64,000 nucleotides of DNA from Zancudomyces culisetae HAW-14-8 (GCA_052426225.1 JBNJNM010000013.1:1984001-2048000); one strand, 5' to 3'; shown: positions 11,537-23,824, numbered from the stretch's first letter. The notes: generated by a model from the letters alone, not told the origin. A program made the numbers and translations.

Positions 11537-12877
11537 TTAATATTCATATTCAACAATATACTCCTCCCACGTACTAGGCCCATCAGGATTCTGTGTATTA
11601 TTATGTATCAGAGGACGGCAGTATACCTGGTTTGGTCCCTCTTGAAAGTCTATCTTTTTATCAATAGATTTTGGTAGCTTATTTTTGTATTCTTTTTCAA
11701 GGTATTTGAATTCACGTAAGTTATAAGTTACTTGTACACCAGGAACTACCACTACTCTATCAAAACCCAGCTTCCAATAATCATTGCACAGCAACGAGCA
11801 CTCCGAACCCGCACACTCTGGTGTTTCTGGCGTGGATCTCCTAAATCTCAAATCAAATGGACTCTCAAACGGTTTTGGATTCAGTACTACAACCCCATTC
11901 CAACAACACTGAGCCTGAAATGGTAATCCCCTAAGAGCCCTTTTATTTGAAATCTCATCACCTGTCAGTTTTTTAATGTCTTTTGAAAATGCATTCCCTT
12001 TGATGTCTCTTGCCACCCACATGTCTCGAAATTTTTTCACTGGCACTTTCTTACCATGACTGTCTTCCTCGTCATAATAATCTATATCCAACGGACATGT
12101 AATATCTGCCTGGTTGTTATTGGATTGCAGAATTAGCTCTAGAATATCATTTCGACAAAACACAATATCATTGATAAAAATTATTTTATCAAACCCACCG
12201 TCCCGCTTTTCTTCATCTGCCTGTTGCCGCTTGCTCTTCTTTGCAAACTCGTAATATGGATCAAGAGCTTTATTTCTTACTCCTGCTAAATATTCTATTC
12301 TATGAAAATTTTCAGGGTGGGTACTATTTTCGAGTCTGAAGTTGTGTTGGATATTGTATCGTAAAAGAAAATCCGAAAAGACGTTCAACATTTTTTTTGT
12401 ATTATCTTTGGATCCATTCTCGTATATAGACAAAAACACATTATCATATCCTAGATACTCAAATACCCGAAGTAGTTCCTGTCCAAAGTGGGGCAGCACC
12501 TCCTCATTATTATATAAATTTGCTGCAAAAAAGTATCTGGGATTCTTTCTTGGCCTGTGGTTTATCTCTTTTTTCCTGTAATAAAAATTCCGGTTACGAA
12601 TAGAATACTCGTGAACTACGTAATCAGGTCTGGATGCATATAGCGGTAGATACCTTCCATATACCTCTCTGTTTTTATCAAAATTTAATCGCTTGGGTGT
12701 ATTGCAAAGAGCTGCTGGCCTAAGTAACCCTTCTCTTAAGCTCATAGTTTTTTTAAATGTTTCATGGTTCTCATAATATCCGTTGTACATAAATATATGA
12801 ATAAAATATATTATGGTTATGGTTACAGAAACGAGAAATATCCTCGTTGTAAGGTTTTTTCTTTTTATGAGAAACAT
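11537..12877 (-). CDS. Alpha-1,3-mannosyltransferase, CMT1/CAP59-like (GT69), type II membrane protein
   Basis: N-terminal TM segment; motifs YFFAANLYNNEEVLP, VFLSIYENGSKDNT, RIEYLAGVRNKALDP, IFINDIVFC..DILELI, DITCPLD, RDMWVARD, PFQAQCCWNGVVVL, ECAGSECSLLCNDYW. Confidence 0.92.
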   Translation of the reverse strand: MFLIKRKNLTTRIFLVSVTITIIYFIHIFMYNGYYENHETFKKTMSLREGLLRPAALCNTPKRLNFDKNREVYGRYLPLYASRPDYVVHEYSIRNRNFYYRKKEINHRPRKNPRYFFAANLYNNEEVLPHFGQELLRVFEYLGYDNVFLSIYENGSKDNTKKMLNVFSDFLLRYNIQHNFRLENSTHPENFHRIEYLAGVRNKALDPYYEFAKKSKRQQADEEKRDGGFDKIIFINDIVFCRNDILELILQSNNNQADITCPLDIDYYDEEDSHGKKVPVKKFRDMWVARDIKGNAFSKDIKKLTGDEISNKRALRGLPFQAQCCWNGVVVLNPKPFESPFDLRFRRSTPETPECAGSECSLLCNDYWKLGFDRVVVVPGVQVTYNLREFKYLEKEYKNKLPKSIDKKIDFQEGPNQVYCRPLIHNNTQNPDGPSTWEEYIVEYEY

Positions 12878-14493
12878 ACTGAATGGCTTTTTTATTAATT
12901 ATGTTAAAAATGGCATTGTAGAAAATGAATTCCTGTTTTTGTCAATCTGTCGTAGTAGTGATATTCTTTTAGCCTATATATAGATTCATCTTACTATATG
13001 TAGTCCTTAACTGCACTTTGTACACGCTGTAAAGTAGTGCAACTTTTCTCAATGTTCAGCTTTGTGTATTCTGATAATGTTTTGGCCGGAATCCTTTTAG
13101 ATGTTTTTATTGGGCAAAACCAAAAGCTCAATTCATTTGATATTTAGGTTGTAGTTTGTGGGTGAAAATAAAATAATTGGGGAAAGAAAGATCTGCTCTG
13201 GTTGGAAGGTTTACTATTAATTAATTTATGAGCTTGGCAATATTTAGGAGCTAAAGGAAATGGAGTTGTATATTGCTCGAATGAGCGAAAACCAACAAAA
13301 GTTACAGCAAACCATATCCAACAACGATACTTAAAGATATTAGTTTAGATATTAACCCAATGTTAGACGATAGAAACAAAATCTTTTTGTATTTTTTTTG
13401 CTTTCAAAAGCTAATGGAGCTTAGCTAATTCAAAAATTCGGGCTTTGAAATGGCAAAGAAAAATTCGGAATGCAGTAAATAAAGACTATGGTGCTTTAGC
13501 ATGGTTCAAATGGAATTTCTATAAAGAATATTTTCTATAAATTACTCGATTTTAATATGCGGGACGGGTAAATATAACCCAGTAAATTCTTTGAACCAGC
13601 ACAAGATAACCATACAGTAGGCGAATAGTGCTGAACATTCAAATACTCGGAGCTAAAATACAATATATTTTGCATGTGAGAAATAAGAAGTGTGTAAAAA
13701 CCCATCCCTGTCAAGTAGTTTATATTAAAATAAATGGTCAATCTCGAGTAGATATTATAAAAAAAAAATTTTATTTTATTTTTTAAACGACCCTCTCTTA
13801 TCTTGGACGTTCAAATTTGTCTACAAATGTCATTTATCAGGTAGCTCTATTTGATACTTGTTTTTACTCTCAAAAAAATTAATGTTCAACTCAAAAGATT
13901 TCTACTAAACTAGCAGGAGGTGATTTATAGGTTGGTGGGAGAGAGATGACTCTACTTTTATAAAACGTGACAAATCAGCTTCTCATCCAGTCTCCTCCTT
14001 TTCCCCCTCCCAGTTTCCTTGAAGCCAATGTATATTAAGTTACGCTACTCTAAAGTAATGAATAAAAAAAGTTGTTAACTAATCTTTTGTAGCTATTATC
14101 TTATTAGCATTGGCGTTGTTACCCCTGTTCTAAAGAGAACCTAATCAAAGTAATTATATAGAAAGGTGGAGTTGGATATATACACTACCGTAATGAAAGT
14201 TACCAATAAGTTGGATTTAGATTGTTTTGGTTAACCAACAAGTACAGTAAATTGGATCACCCATTTATAAAATAGTAGTTTTTATCGAAAAAATAAAGCC
14301 GATGGCTCTAATCAGTAAGTGCAAAGTTCTATTGACACTAGTCCAGAGGCGAACCAAGCAACAAAAAATAATAAAATGACCATACAAAGTAATTAGGTGC
14401 TGAAAAACCAATGAGAATGAAGAGTACTCATGCGCAATACCTTTTTTCAGGATTTTTGAATGTTTGTAACGTTAGAAAATTCTAGATGTATGA

Positions 14494-15627
14494 CGTCATA
14501 ATCTAATATACTCGGTAGAAGCGCCTAACATAAATAACGTAATCAAGCAGTATGGAAAATCAAAAAAAGTAGGCGCAATTGTAGGTGGGCAAACCTCAGT
14601 TAAATCGCCTGAAGTCGAGGCATTTTATGAACACTTACCAGCCGACGTGAACATAGTAACTATGCATTCACTTCACGGACCAACAGCAGATACAACAGGT
14701 CAAACACTGGCAGTAATAAGGTGCAGAAGTACCGAGGAAAAGTATCAACAGGCAGTAAAGATCTTGGAATGCTTAGAGTCAGAAATGTTATTTATATCAC
14801 CCGAGGAGCACGATAAGTTTACTGCAAACACACAAACTTTAACACATATATGTTATCTAAGTCTGGGAACCGCATGGAAAACCCAAAAAAGCTATCCTTG
14901 GGATAACCCACAGTTCAACCACCTTGTAGATAATGTAAAAATAAGCATAGCGCTCCATATATATGGAAGTAAATCACATGTATATTCTGGGCTGGCAATC
15001 ATGAACCCAATGGCAAAGCCACAACTTAACAGCTATGTCGATGCTATTACGATGCTTTATAAAATGATGGTTGAGGGACAGAAGGAGAAATTTACAGAGC
15101 TTATTATGGCAACCAAGAAAACTATTTTTGAACGAGCGAAAAAAGATCCTCAAAAACGGATTTTGTTGCTATTGGATTCTGTGATAGATAAACTGGCAAT
15201 GCCCAAGGAAGCCAAAATTGATGGGCCTATCCCAAACTCACACCTATCGCTCCTTGCAACAGCGGTTTGTTGGTACCAGATGAATATTGATCCATATGAA
15301 CATTTAGTTTGTCAGACACCTCCATTTCGACTGTGGTTGGGAATTATCGAATACTTATTCTGCAACGACGATCTTTTGAATGAAAGTATAAACGCTGCGC
15401 TGAACGATAAATACACACAAGCTGAGGATCTTGTGTTTTTTGCGTCGGTACTGGGATGGGAACAATGTATTAACCTACGTAGCTTTGACGGGTATGAAAA
15501 GAGATTTAACGAAACCAAGGAGTTTTTCCAACACAGATTGACCGAGGCTAGAGGGATAAGTTCACTTATTATTGATATTTTGGCCAAGGATAGACTCAAG
15601 AGGTTTAATGAGTCGAAAAATAATTGA
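14494..15627 (+). CDS. TYR1: Prephenate dehydrogenase (TYR1); N-terminal Rossmann part not found in frame (unseen exon or truncated copy)
   Basis: The frame extends upstream of the track ORF to an in-frame TGA at 14491: LIYSVEAPNINNVIKQYGKSKKVGAIVGGQTSVKSPEVEAFYEHLPADVNIVTMHSLHGP..EEHDKFTANTQTLTH..HVYSGLAIMNP..PNSHLSLLA..QTPPFRLWLGI. These are fungal TYR1 motifs. No GxGxxG-containing first exon was recognised. Confidence 0.85.
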   Translation, partial: RHNLIYSVEAPNINNVIKQYGKSKKVGAIVGGQTSVKSPEVEAFYEHLPADVNIVTMHSLHGPTADTTGQTLAVIRCRSTEEKYQQAVKILECLESEMLFISPEEHDKFTANTQTLTHICYLSLGTAWKTQKSYPWDNPQFNHLVDNVKISIALHIYGSKSHVYSGLAIMNPMAKPQLNSYVDAITMLYKMMVEGQKEKFTELIMATKKTIFERAKKDPQKRILLLLDSVIDKLAMPKEAKIDGPIPNSHLSLLATAVCWYQMNIDPYEHLVCQTPPFRLWLGIIEYLFCNDDLLNESINAALNDKYTQAEDLVFFASVLGWEQCINLRSFDGYEKRFNETKEFFQHRLTEARGISSLIIDILAKDRLKRFNESKNN

Positions 15628-16079
15628 TAAAATATAAACAGTGTTTCTAATGAGTTTTATTCAGTTGATAGTCTTTAGTGCTATTATATTAATAAAGTGA
15701 AGTTTTAAAGTATTAAACATTAAATTGTTTATTGACATGTTTTTAGAGCTAAGGTATTTGAAAGTTTTGCTGCGGAAGTCGAGGGTGATCTGTTTTACGG
15801 TGAATAGTAGACAAATTCTGGAAATAATTCACTCGAACAATGCATTAGTATATTAGGTGGCATTACCAAGTGAATGAAAGTGAGTGGAAAGGGATCAATT
15901 CCCCAGGCATATATACCTAGCTTTTTTTTTATTTTTTTAAAAATCATTTTATTCTTCAAAAAAACAAAAAAACTAACAGTTAATAAAAAACTTGGTTTTA
16001 GTTTTTAAGAAAACAAACAGGGGGAAGTATCGAAATAAAGATTTAATTCAAGTAACTAATAACTATAAAAAGGACAAAA

Positions 16080-17652
16080 ATGAAGAGAAACCGAGTATTT
16101 GGACCAAGATCCGCACTTACTAGCTTTTTAAAGGTATATTTTATAGTTTTCTTTTAGAATACCCTTCATATACTTGTAAAGGGGGGGGCGGGGTATCATG
16201 TTTTCTATATTTTTGTGTGTATGTAAGAATAATTGAATTTATCAAATATGTGTTTGTATTAAAATAAAATAGGAGCAGGGAATCACAAATGAAAGCATTC
16301 GAGAAAGGTTTCAAGCAAATAATGACGTTTTGGAAGAAGGAGACGAAGGTCAAAATGAAGAAATCCAACAAATACAAGAAAGCAACAGTGAGAGTGAGAG
16401 GGAGGAAGACCAGGAGCAAAATGTCATTGAAAGTGGGGAAACCAGTGGTGAAGAGGATGTAGAGGAGTCAAGTATTGGAAAGAGAGTAACCCGTAGTAGC
16501 AACAGTAAAAGTAAAAACAAGAAAATCAAGATTGATCTAAAGGGGAGCAAATCCAAGGGAAAAGACTACGAAAGCGATGTGGAAGGAAACAAAAGAAAAA
16601 AAAGACTTGGAATTGAATCCTCAAACAGAGATAATGAAGGGTTGAACGCCAGTTCAGCGAGAAAGGGTGGTCGCGTTGAGTATTGTTCAATGTGTAAAGC
16701 CAAATTCTTGGTACGGGAAGGGTCAATGGATGATAATGGTAAAGGAAGGATACTATGTCCAACCTGTGACAAATACATGAAAAAATATGAACAAGCGAAA
16801 CAAAATCACGAGCTAAAAAAGCAAGAAGTTCTAGTTCGTTCTGTGTCACAGCTTAGAAAAAATATGAGAGCAGCCACAAATACAGCAAAGATAAATAACG
16901 GGACAGGAATGAAAAAGATAACTCAGAAAAAGAAGGTGGTCAAAACTGAAAACGGATTATTAGAGATAGATTTGGGTATTCCCAGTTTGCAGGATTTATG
17001 TGTTAGAGTAATTGGGAAACATATAAAGGATGTCACATCATTTGGAGATATCTCTTCAGATACCATGAATAAAGTGTGTAGGATTATTAGTAAATACCGG
17101 CTTTTGGATAACGACAAACTTCAGCTCTTTTTAATATCAACACAGGAACAAAGAACAGATTTTGTGTTGTATGAATTACAAATATAGATGGGGGTGGGTT
17201 ATTGAGATTTTATGATTCTGCTAGTGGAAAACGAATCAAGCGGTTTTTCACTCATTCATTTGGATTTGGGTGGAGTTTACGATCTTGGTGACAATACTTT
17301 AATTTCCATTCTCAGGCATTCTAACTCTACAATATTTGAGTCTACACTCTGTAACCAAACTTTAGCAACTAATGGCCTTTCTGCCTTTTCTGGTACTTTT
17401 CTTTTCAGTACAGACGAGGATAATAATAGCAGCAAAGGTAAAAATAACACAGACACAAACAATTCTCAACTGAAAACACCACCGACAGTTACTCTTCCAA
17501 CATGCAAAAACCTACACACACCAAACCTTTCATTTGTAAGGTCTACTGATCACTCTGCCATCACCACTCTTTTCTCTAATCGCCCTAGTTTATCTACAAT
17601 GTTTATGAATAGGAAACCCGAAAGCCATCCCACTAACTTCTTCTTAGTCTGA
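16080..17652 (+). pseudogene. RAD7: DNA repair protein RAD7/Rhp7 homologue, two exons (16080-16133; 16273 onward), disrupted in the LRR region
   Basis: Exon 1 MKRNRVFGPRSALTSFLK, GT..AG intron 16134-16272, exon 2 EQGITNESIRERF (the Rad7 GPxSALTxFL..GI motif); CxxC..CxxC; PSLQDLCVRVI..FGDIS..ISKYRLLDND.LQLFL. Stops occur at 17185 and 17203, then residual LRRs follow (LIHLDLGGVYDL; LHTPNLSFVRSTD). Confidence 0.65.
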
Positions 17653-19054
17653 TTGGACACGAACCAGGTAGTTTTTAACCGAGATTTATTGTTCTTCCTA
17701 CCATGTTGGCCATCTATTAATATGTATAGCATTTTATATTTGGTGGGTTTCCGAATTTTAGTTATACCTAATAATGTGCTAATTTATTCAAAATTCCTAT
17801 ACAATATCTTAGGTTCCAAAGTAGGTTCCGTAAAAATTAGCGAACAAATCTATTCATTTTGGGGTTTATTGAACTGTGGATATGTTAGGTTTCCAAAGTT
17901 GAAATTATTTGATGAAAATGATGAAATTCAGTGGAGAATACATTTAATTGTATTTGGATTAAGATTTATAACAATTACAACTATTAGCTTATTTTTTAAT
18001 TAAAAAGTTTTATAAAAATATATAGCATATTGTAATTTAGAACAAGGTTAAAGACTCAGATTTATATAAAATTACTCCAAGCAATTACGACTAGTTGGTA
18101 TAAAATAACTCGCTTAGTTTGTTAAAAGTCTGTTGGCTATGCATATTTTGCTTTACAAAATAGCTTAGGTAACATTTGCTAGAAACCAAAAATAGAGCAA
18201 ATTCTATGATTTTTAACATTACTTCACGTAGTCCCATCCCGAGGTTCTATTTTTGTTTATCTTAACAAGGTTCTAATGATATAAAATGAGAATATGAAGA
18301 ATTTAGTAATCAGACCTAGTCGAAACAGTATTCAGAGCAAAATTAGGCTGTTGTTGGCGTTTATAAAAACGCCACTTACAGTTGAATGCAAGTAAGCAAC
18401 TGAACTCGATATTATCATATTAAGCGGAAAGGCTCTTGTTTTAGTATGGCATCACATATTTACTTGATAGAGGTGTTCATCTTTATAACTTATGAGGTTT
18501 TGCTAAAATATTACTATCTAGAAATAGAATCAGTAGGTCTACATAAAATTAGACAAATGTGATTGCTATAAGAAATGGGTGATAATGCACTAAAAATATT
18601 TAAAATAAGAGATTGTGTAAGCCATGATTAACTATTTGCTAAGATTCTTTCAAATCATTAGATCGGCCAACGGAACAAGTCTTTTTAAATAAAGTGTTAG
18701 AGGTCATTACGTTTATGTCAATTAGTTACATAATAAATTTTAATATAATGAACTTTTCATCTCTCCGAATCTAAAAAAAGATTTACTTTTCTATACTATT
18801 TATATTCACAACTGAAAACAGAAAGATCTAAATATACACTAAACAGGACTGTAGTTGTTATGGTTAATTTTTTTTAAAAAAGACACGAGAAATGTGTAGG
18901 AATTAAAATAAAATTAATACGAAGTAGTATATTACAGAAAGTTGTATATAAATCAACGCTATCTACCGATAAACACAATCACAATTCATAGTCATCAATA
19001 AATACATCTACTATTAATACATCTTTAACTGCAAAAATAAATTAAAAAATAAAA

Positions 19055-21877
19055 ATGAGACCAAGTGTATATACTGCATCCATATCATTGATAGTAGCTA
19101 ATCTGCTCTCACCAATAGTGGGAGCATCCACATCGGCTGGAACTGGAAATGTTAACTGTTCTGATTCGATCAGCCAAATCGAGATTGCACAAGGATCTGG
19201 CGATAATTCAGTTATCAAATACAATTGGGATAGCGCTATTGACGTTTCTTGCTCATCTCAGGACTATCATGTTACATTTGATGTCGATCAAACTTCGGAT
19301 ATATATTTTGCAATTAGCACACAAAAATCTTTGCTTACTGGTGAGGAGGTCATTGAAGGTGTAATCGGTGTAAATACTGGTTCATGGTATGTTGGATCTT
19401 CGGTATATGTCGCACAAACAGATATCGCCTCAGGAGCAGCGGATACTCAAAAAGTATATGTTCAGGTTAGTAGTTCAGGTATTGGAATTGGGTTGGTAGG
19501 AAGTAGCAAACCAATTTTGACAATTTCACCAGCAGATTATGATGCCAGCGCATTCATTAACTCATATGATGTATGGCTTGCATTCGGTGCCGAGAGGGAT
19601 TCAGCCAAAATCCAAAATATAGAGTATAACTGTAATGATTCTACTTGTGAAAACCCATCATCAACCAGCTCAACACCATCAACCTCATCAACACCATCAA
19701 CATCATCAACACCATCAACCAGCTCAACACCATCAACACCATCAACACCATCAACACCATCAACATCATCAACCAGCTCCACTTCATCAACCAGCTCAAC
19801 ACCATCAACACCATCAACATCATCAACCAGCTCCACTCCATCAACCAGCTCAACCCCATCAACCAGCTCAACCCCATCAACCAGCTCAACCCCATCAACC
19901 AGCTCAACCAGCTCAACCAGCTCAACACCATCAACATCATCAACACCATCAACATCATCAACTCCATCAACCAGCTCAACACCATCAACCAGCTCAACAT
20001 CATCAACCAGCTCCACTTCATCAACCAGCTCAACACCATCAACACCATCAACATCATCAACCAGCTCCACTTCATCAACCAGCTCAACACCATCAACACC
20101 ATCAACATCATCAACCAGCTCCACTCCATCAACCAGCTCAACCCCATCAACCAGCTCAACCCCATCAACCAGCTCAACCAGCTCAACCAGCTCAACACCA
20201 TCAACATCATCAACACCATCAACATCATCAACTCCATCAACCAGCTCAACCCCATCAACCAGCTCAACACCATCAACCAGCTCAACACCATCAACCAGCT
20301 CAACTAGTTCAACCAGCTCAACACCATCAACCAGCTCAACACCATCAACCAGCTCAACACCATCAACCAGCTCAACACCATCAACCAGCTCAACCCCATC
20401 AACCAGCTCAACACCATCAACACCATCAACATCATCAACCAGCTCCACTCCATCAACCAGCTCAACCTCATCAACCAGCTCAACTAGTTCAACCAGCTCA
20501 ACACCATCAACCAGCTCAACTAGTTCAACCAGCTCAACTCCATCAACCAGCTCAACCCCATCAACCAGCTCAACCCCATCAACCAGCTCAACACCATCAA
20601 CATCATCAACCAGCTCAACCCCATCAACCAGCTCAACACCATCAACACCATCAACACCATCAACCAGCTCAACACCATCAACCAGCTCAACACCATCAAC
20701 CAGCTCAACCAGCTCAACTAGTTCAATCAGCTCAACACCATCAACATCACCAACCAGCTCAACACCATCAACCAGCTCCACTCCATCAACCAGCTCAACT
20801 AGTTCAACCAGCTCAACCCCATCAACCAGCTCAACCCCATCAACCAGTTCAACCAGCTCAACCAGCTCAACCAGCTCAACCAGCTCAACCAGCTCAACCC
20901 CATCAACACCATCAACATCATCAACCAGCTCAACCCCATCAACCAGCTCAACCCCATCAACCAGCTCAACTAGTTCAACCAGCTCAACACCATCAACCAG
21001 CTCAACTAGTTCAACCAGCTCAACCCCATCAACCAGCTCAACACCATCAACCAGCTCAACCCCATCAACCAGCTCAACACCATCAACACCATCAACATCA
21101 TCAACCAGCTCCACTCCATCAACCAGCTCAACCTCATCAACCAGCTCAACTAGTTCAACCAGCTCAACACCATCAACCAGCTCAACTAGTTCAACCAGCT
21201 CAACTCCATCAACCAGCTCAACCCCATCAACCAGCTCAACCCCATCAACCAGCTCAACACCATCAACATCATCAACCAGCTCAACCCCATCAACCAGCTC
21301 AACACCATCAACACCATCAACACCATCAACCAGCTCAACACCATCAACCAGCTCAACCTCATCAACCTCATCAACACCATCAACCAGCTCAACACCATCA
21401 ACCTGTGCTTCCACCTCTGTCGGTCCTAATTCTATTGTATCATCCACTAGCAAAAACAAAGACTACGATTTTGCGCATGCTCTTACAATTCCATGTGATA
21501 CAAGCGACTTTGAGTTTACTGCTAGCGTCTCAACCACATCTGATTTCTTTGTTGCTCTTATGGACAGCGGCGGGTACTACAGTTCTAATGGTGTAATAGA
21601 AGCACAATTTGGTTTATCATCTGGCATCAGTTCCATCAAGAAGGGTAAATACGCTTTGGTTAAACGAAGCAAAGTTTTCACAAGAGCCGACTTACAAGAC
21701 ATCAAGATTGTTAGCAAGAACTCTCAGCTCCAAATATTTATCAACAATGCGCTCAAGTCCACATATAAGGTTTCCAACTTTAACATGACTTCATTGGCCA
21801 TGGCATCATTCAAAGGCACTGCATCTGTTTTCAACCCAACATTCTCTTGCCAGAGTATTTCTAATTGTAGCAACTAG
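19055..21877 (+). CDS. Secreted mucin-like/adhesin-like protein: signal peptide, globular domain, ~580-aa Ser/Thr/Pro stalk, second related globular domain
   Basis: Signal peptide MRPSVYTASISLIVANLLSPIVGA; STS/STP tripeptide array; the N and C domains align with each other (IDVSCSSQDYHVTFDVDQTSDIYFAIST / LTIPCDTSDFEFTASVSTTSDFFVALMD); TATA-like TATATAAA at ~18945. Confidence 0.9.
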   Translation: MRPSVYTASISLIVANLLSPIVGASTSAGTGNVNCSDSISQIEIAQGSGDNSVIKYNWDSAIDVSCSSQDYHVTFDVDQTSDIYFAISTQKSLLTGEEVIEGVIGVNTGSWYVGSSVYVAQTDIASGAADTQKVYVQVSSSGIGIGLVGSSKPILTISPADYDASAFINSYDVWLAFGAERDSAKIQNIEYNCNDSTCENPSSTSSTPSTSSTPSTSSTPSTSSTPSTPSTPSTPSTSSTSSTSSTSSTPSTPSTSSTSSTPSTSSTPSTSSTPSTSSTPSTSSTSSTSSTPSTSSTPSTSSTPSTSSTPSTSSTSSTSSTSSTSSTPSTPSTSSTSSTSSTSSTPSTPSTSSTSSTPSTSSTPSTSSTPSTSSTSSTSSTPSTSSTPSTSSTPSTSSTPSTSSTPSTSSTPSTSSTSSTSSTPSTSSTPSTSSTPSTSSTPSTSSTPSTSSTPSTPSTSSTSSTPSTSSTSSTSSTSSTSSTPSTSSTSSTSSTPSTSSTPSTSSTPSTSSTPSTSSTSSTPSTSSTPSTPSTPSTSSTPSTSSTPSTSSTSSTSSISSTPSTSPTSSTPSTSSTPSTSSTSSTSSTPSTSSTPSTSSTSSTSSTSSTSSTSSTPSTPSTSSTSSTPSTSSTPSTSSTSSTSSTPSTSSTSSTSSTPSTSSTPSTSSTPSTSSTPSTPSTSSTSSTPSTSSTSSTSSTSSTSSTPSTSSTSSTSSTPSTSSTPSTSSTPSTSSTPSTSSTSSTPSTSSTPSTPSTPSTSSTPSTSSTSSTSSTPSTSSTPSTCASTSVGPNSIVSSTSKNKDYDFAHALTIPCDTSDFEFTASVSTTSDFFVALMDSGGYYSSNGVIEAQFGLSSGISSIKKGKYALVKRSKVFTRADLQDIKIVSKNSQLQIFINNALKSTYKVSNFNMTSLAMASFKGTASVFNPTFSCQSISNCSN
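19661..21403 (+). repeat. Coding minisatellite of 9-bp units (TCAACCAGC / TCAACACCA / TCAACCCCA / TCAACATCA / TCAACTAGT) with higher-order block duplications
   Basis: Directly visible; e.g. the block starting ~20395 recurs from ~21061. Confidence 0.95.
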
Positions 21878-23824
21878 GTTTGTTTAATATTTTTTTTTGG
21901 TTACTAGGTTTTGAAAATTCCATTTTGATAAATTTTAGTAGCAAATCAATTGATTTTCTAATATTCAGCTTATCTACTTATTAGTATACGGAATGCTTCA
22001 GACTTTGGAGAAACAAATAATAATTGAATGAAAAATGACGAGATAGAGCATTCAAGAATATATCACAGTATCAACACATTCAAATTCAAGACCAAATCTT
22101 ATACTGATTTAAGCACATGAAACTTGAGAGAATGGGTAGTTAGAAATACCTCTTAAACCGGAGTCACATATATGTTTAATACACATTGAAAGAAGAAAAG
22201 TTCAAAATTGTATCTTTAGTCGAGCTGCGAACAGCAATATTTTTAAATGTAGTCTTAGAACGAGAATTATTATCTGGATCAATTATGAGCATAGATTTCA
22301 TTGATCCAACAACCAATGAGCAAGGCTTACATAGCGGAATAATAAGGTGTTGATTGATAGAGTTAATAAGAGTTATGCCCTGCAAATTTGTACTTTATTT
22401 GCATAGTAATTCATTGCTGACAAAGAATAGATACTGTTGTCCCGTGATGCTAGAACGCATTAAGGCCATATTTTTTTGCGTAGTTTCACATCATCTAACA
22501 ATATTGATGTTTAAATTGACCTACTAAACTTTTTCAATTTTACTTCATTTATGCTAAAATACTAGGCTAATTGAACCGAAAAATGTGTTTTTTGCATCTC
22601 GATAACTCAAAATACATATGTCTTCTCATCATTTATGGTACAGTTTACACTTTTTTTTAAGTTCTAATTATTTATATAATCAAGCTTAATAGATAAATTA
22701 TAAGCTATTGATATCATCAACATACAAATATGTCGTGTATTCTTCATAGTTTAATGTTGAGTTAAGTCATATCCATTTTTCTGAATATATTTATAACAGA
22801 ATGAATTTGAAATTTAATTTGTTAGCTTTGATTATAAAGCGTGTAACTTGCATTGACTGATTGTCTATTAGTATGTCCCCTATATTGGACCGCCGATTAA
22901 TATTAGAGGATGGAGGTAATGGTCGAGACATTATCACTTTGGTTCCGAATTTCAATGTAATTATTTGCTAAAATAAAAAAATCAACACACTTTTTTTCAA
23001 AAGAGCAGAAATACAGGTGACTCTGTGTTTTGATTCGTTCATGGAATCATGTCTTTTTGTTATATATAATTTTTCTGGTGCACCTATATTAGTGCAACAC
23101 TTTTTCTATATTTAACTCGATTCCAAAAATAATATATCGCCTCTAGAATATTTAATAATGCGTTGTGTGTAAACTATTTCATTTACAAAACTATCTTCCC
23201 TAAACGAAGAATTTTGTGCAATTTTAATATATAAAATGTATTGCAAATTGAGTACCCGGATTTTAAATCACCATAGTTCTGAAACCGGAGGGTATTGACC
23301 GAATAAAAAAATCTGTTTGATTGTATTAGATAATAATTATAAAATTTGCTTATTTTTGTTGGAACTTGTAGGACAGTCAAAAAAGTGTATAACAACTGTT
23401 GAACATGAGTCAACAGAATATCTGAGATAACTCCAAATGCACTTGTGGTTAAAAAATAAAACCATAAGGTGTCAAAATTAGAATATGTTTTTCAATATAT
23501 TTTTTAATACACTCGCTCTAGTATCACCTAAATATAGTTCAAAGTGTAGAATAACAGAATTCTTGTACCATTCTAAAATTAGATTGTTAAATGAACCATT
23601 AAAAATGAAATAAGGTCGTCGGTTTAACACTGTGTTAAGAACACTGTAAAAGGTGAACTAGGATGAGGGAAAGGTATAAAAGATTCAAAATATCGTTGAC
23701 AAAAAGAAAAATTATCAACTATTGAAGTTTCTTCAAGTATAATCCAAATTAAAAGCATAGTCATTATAATTTATAATAAGTGCATTAGCTACATACAACG
23801 CTCATTTTATACTAAATATCAAAA

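Noticed and set aside
17653-18003. 116-aa ORF after RAD7
   Set aside because: TTG start, low-complexity hydrophobic composition, no recognisable homology.
19661-21403. Repeat array as a CRISPR or telomeric array
   Set aside because: No unique spacers; it is in-frame coding sequence in a eukaryotic gene.
19537-21596. 640-aa antisense (VELVDG)n ORF and 653-aa alternative-frame (HQPAQ)n ORF
   Set aside because: Shadows of the stop-free 9-bp repeat; only the Ser/Thr/Pro frame has a signal peptide and flanking domains.
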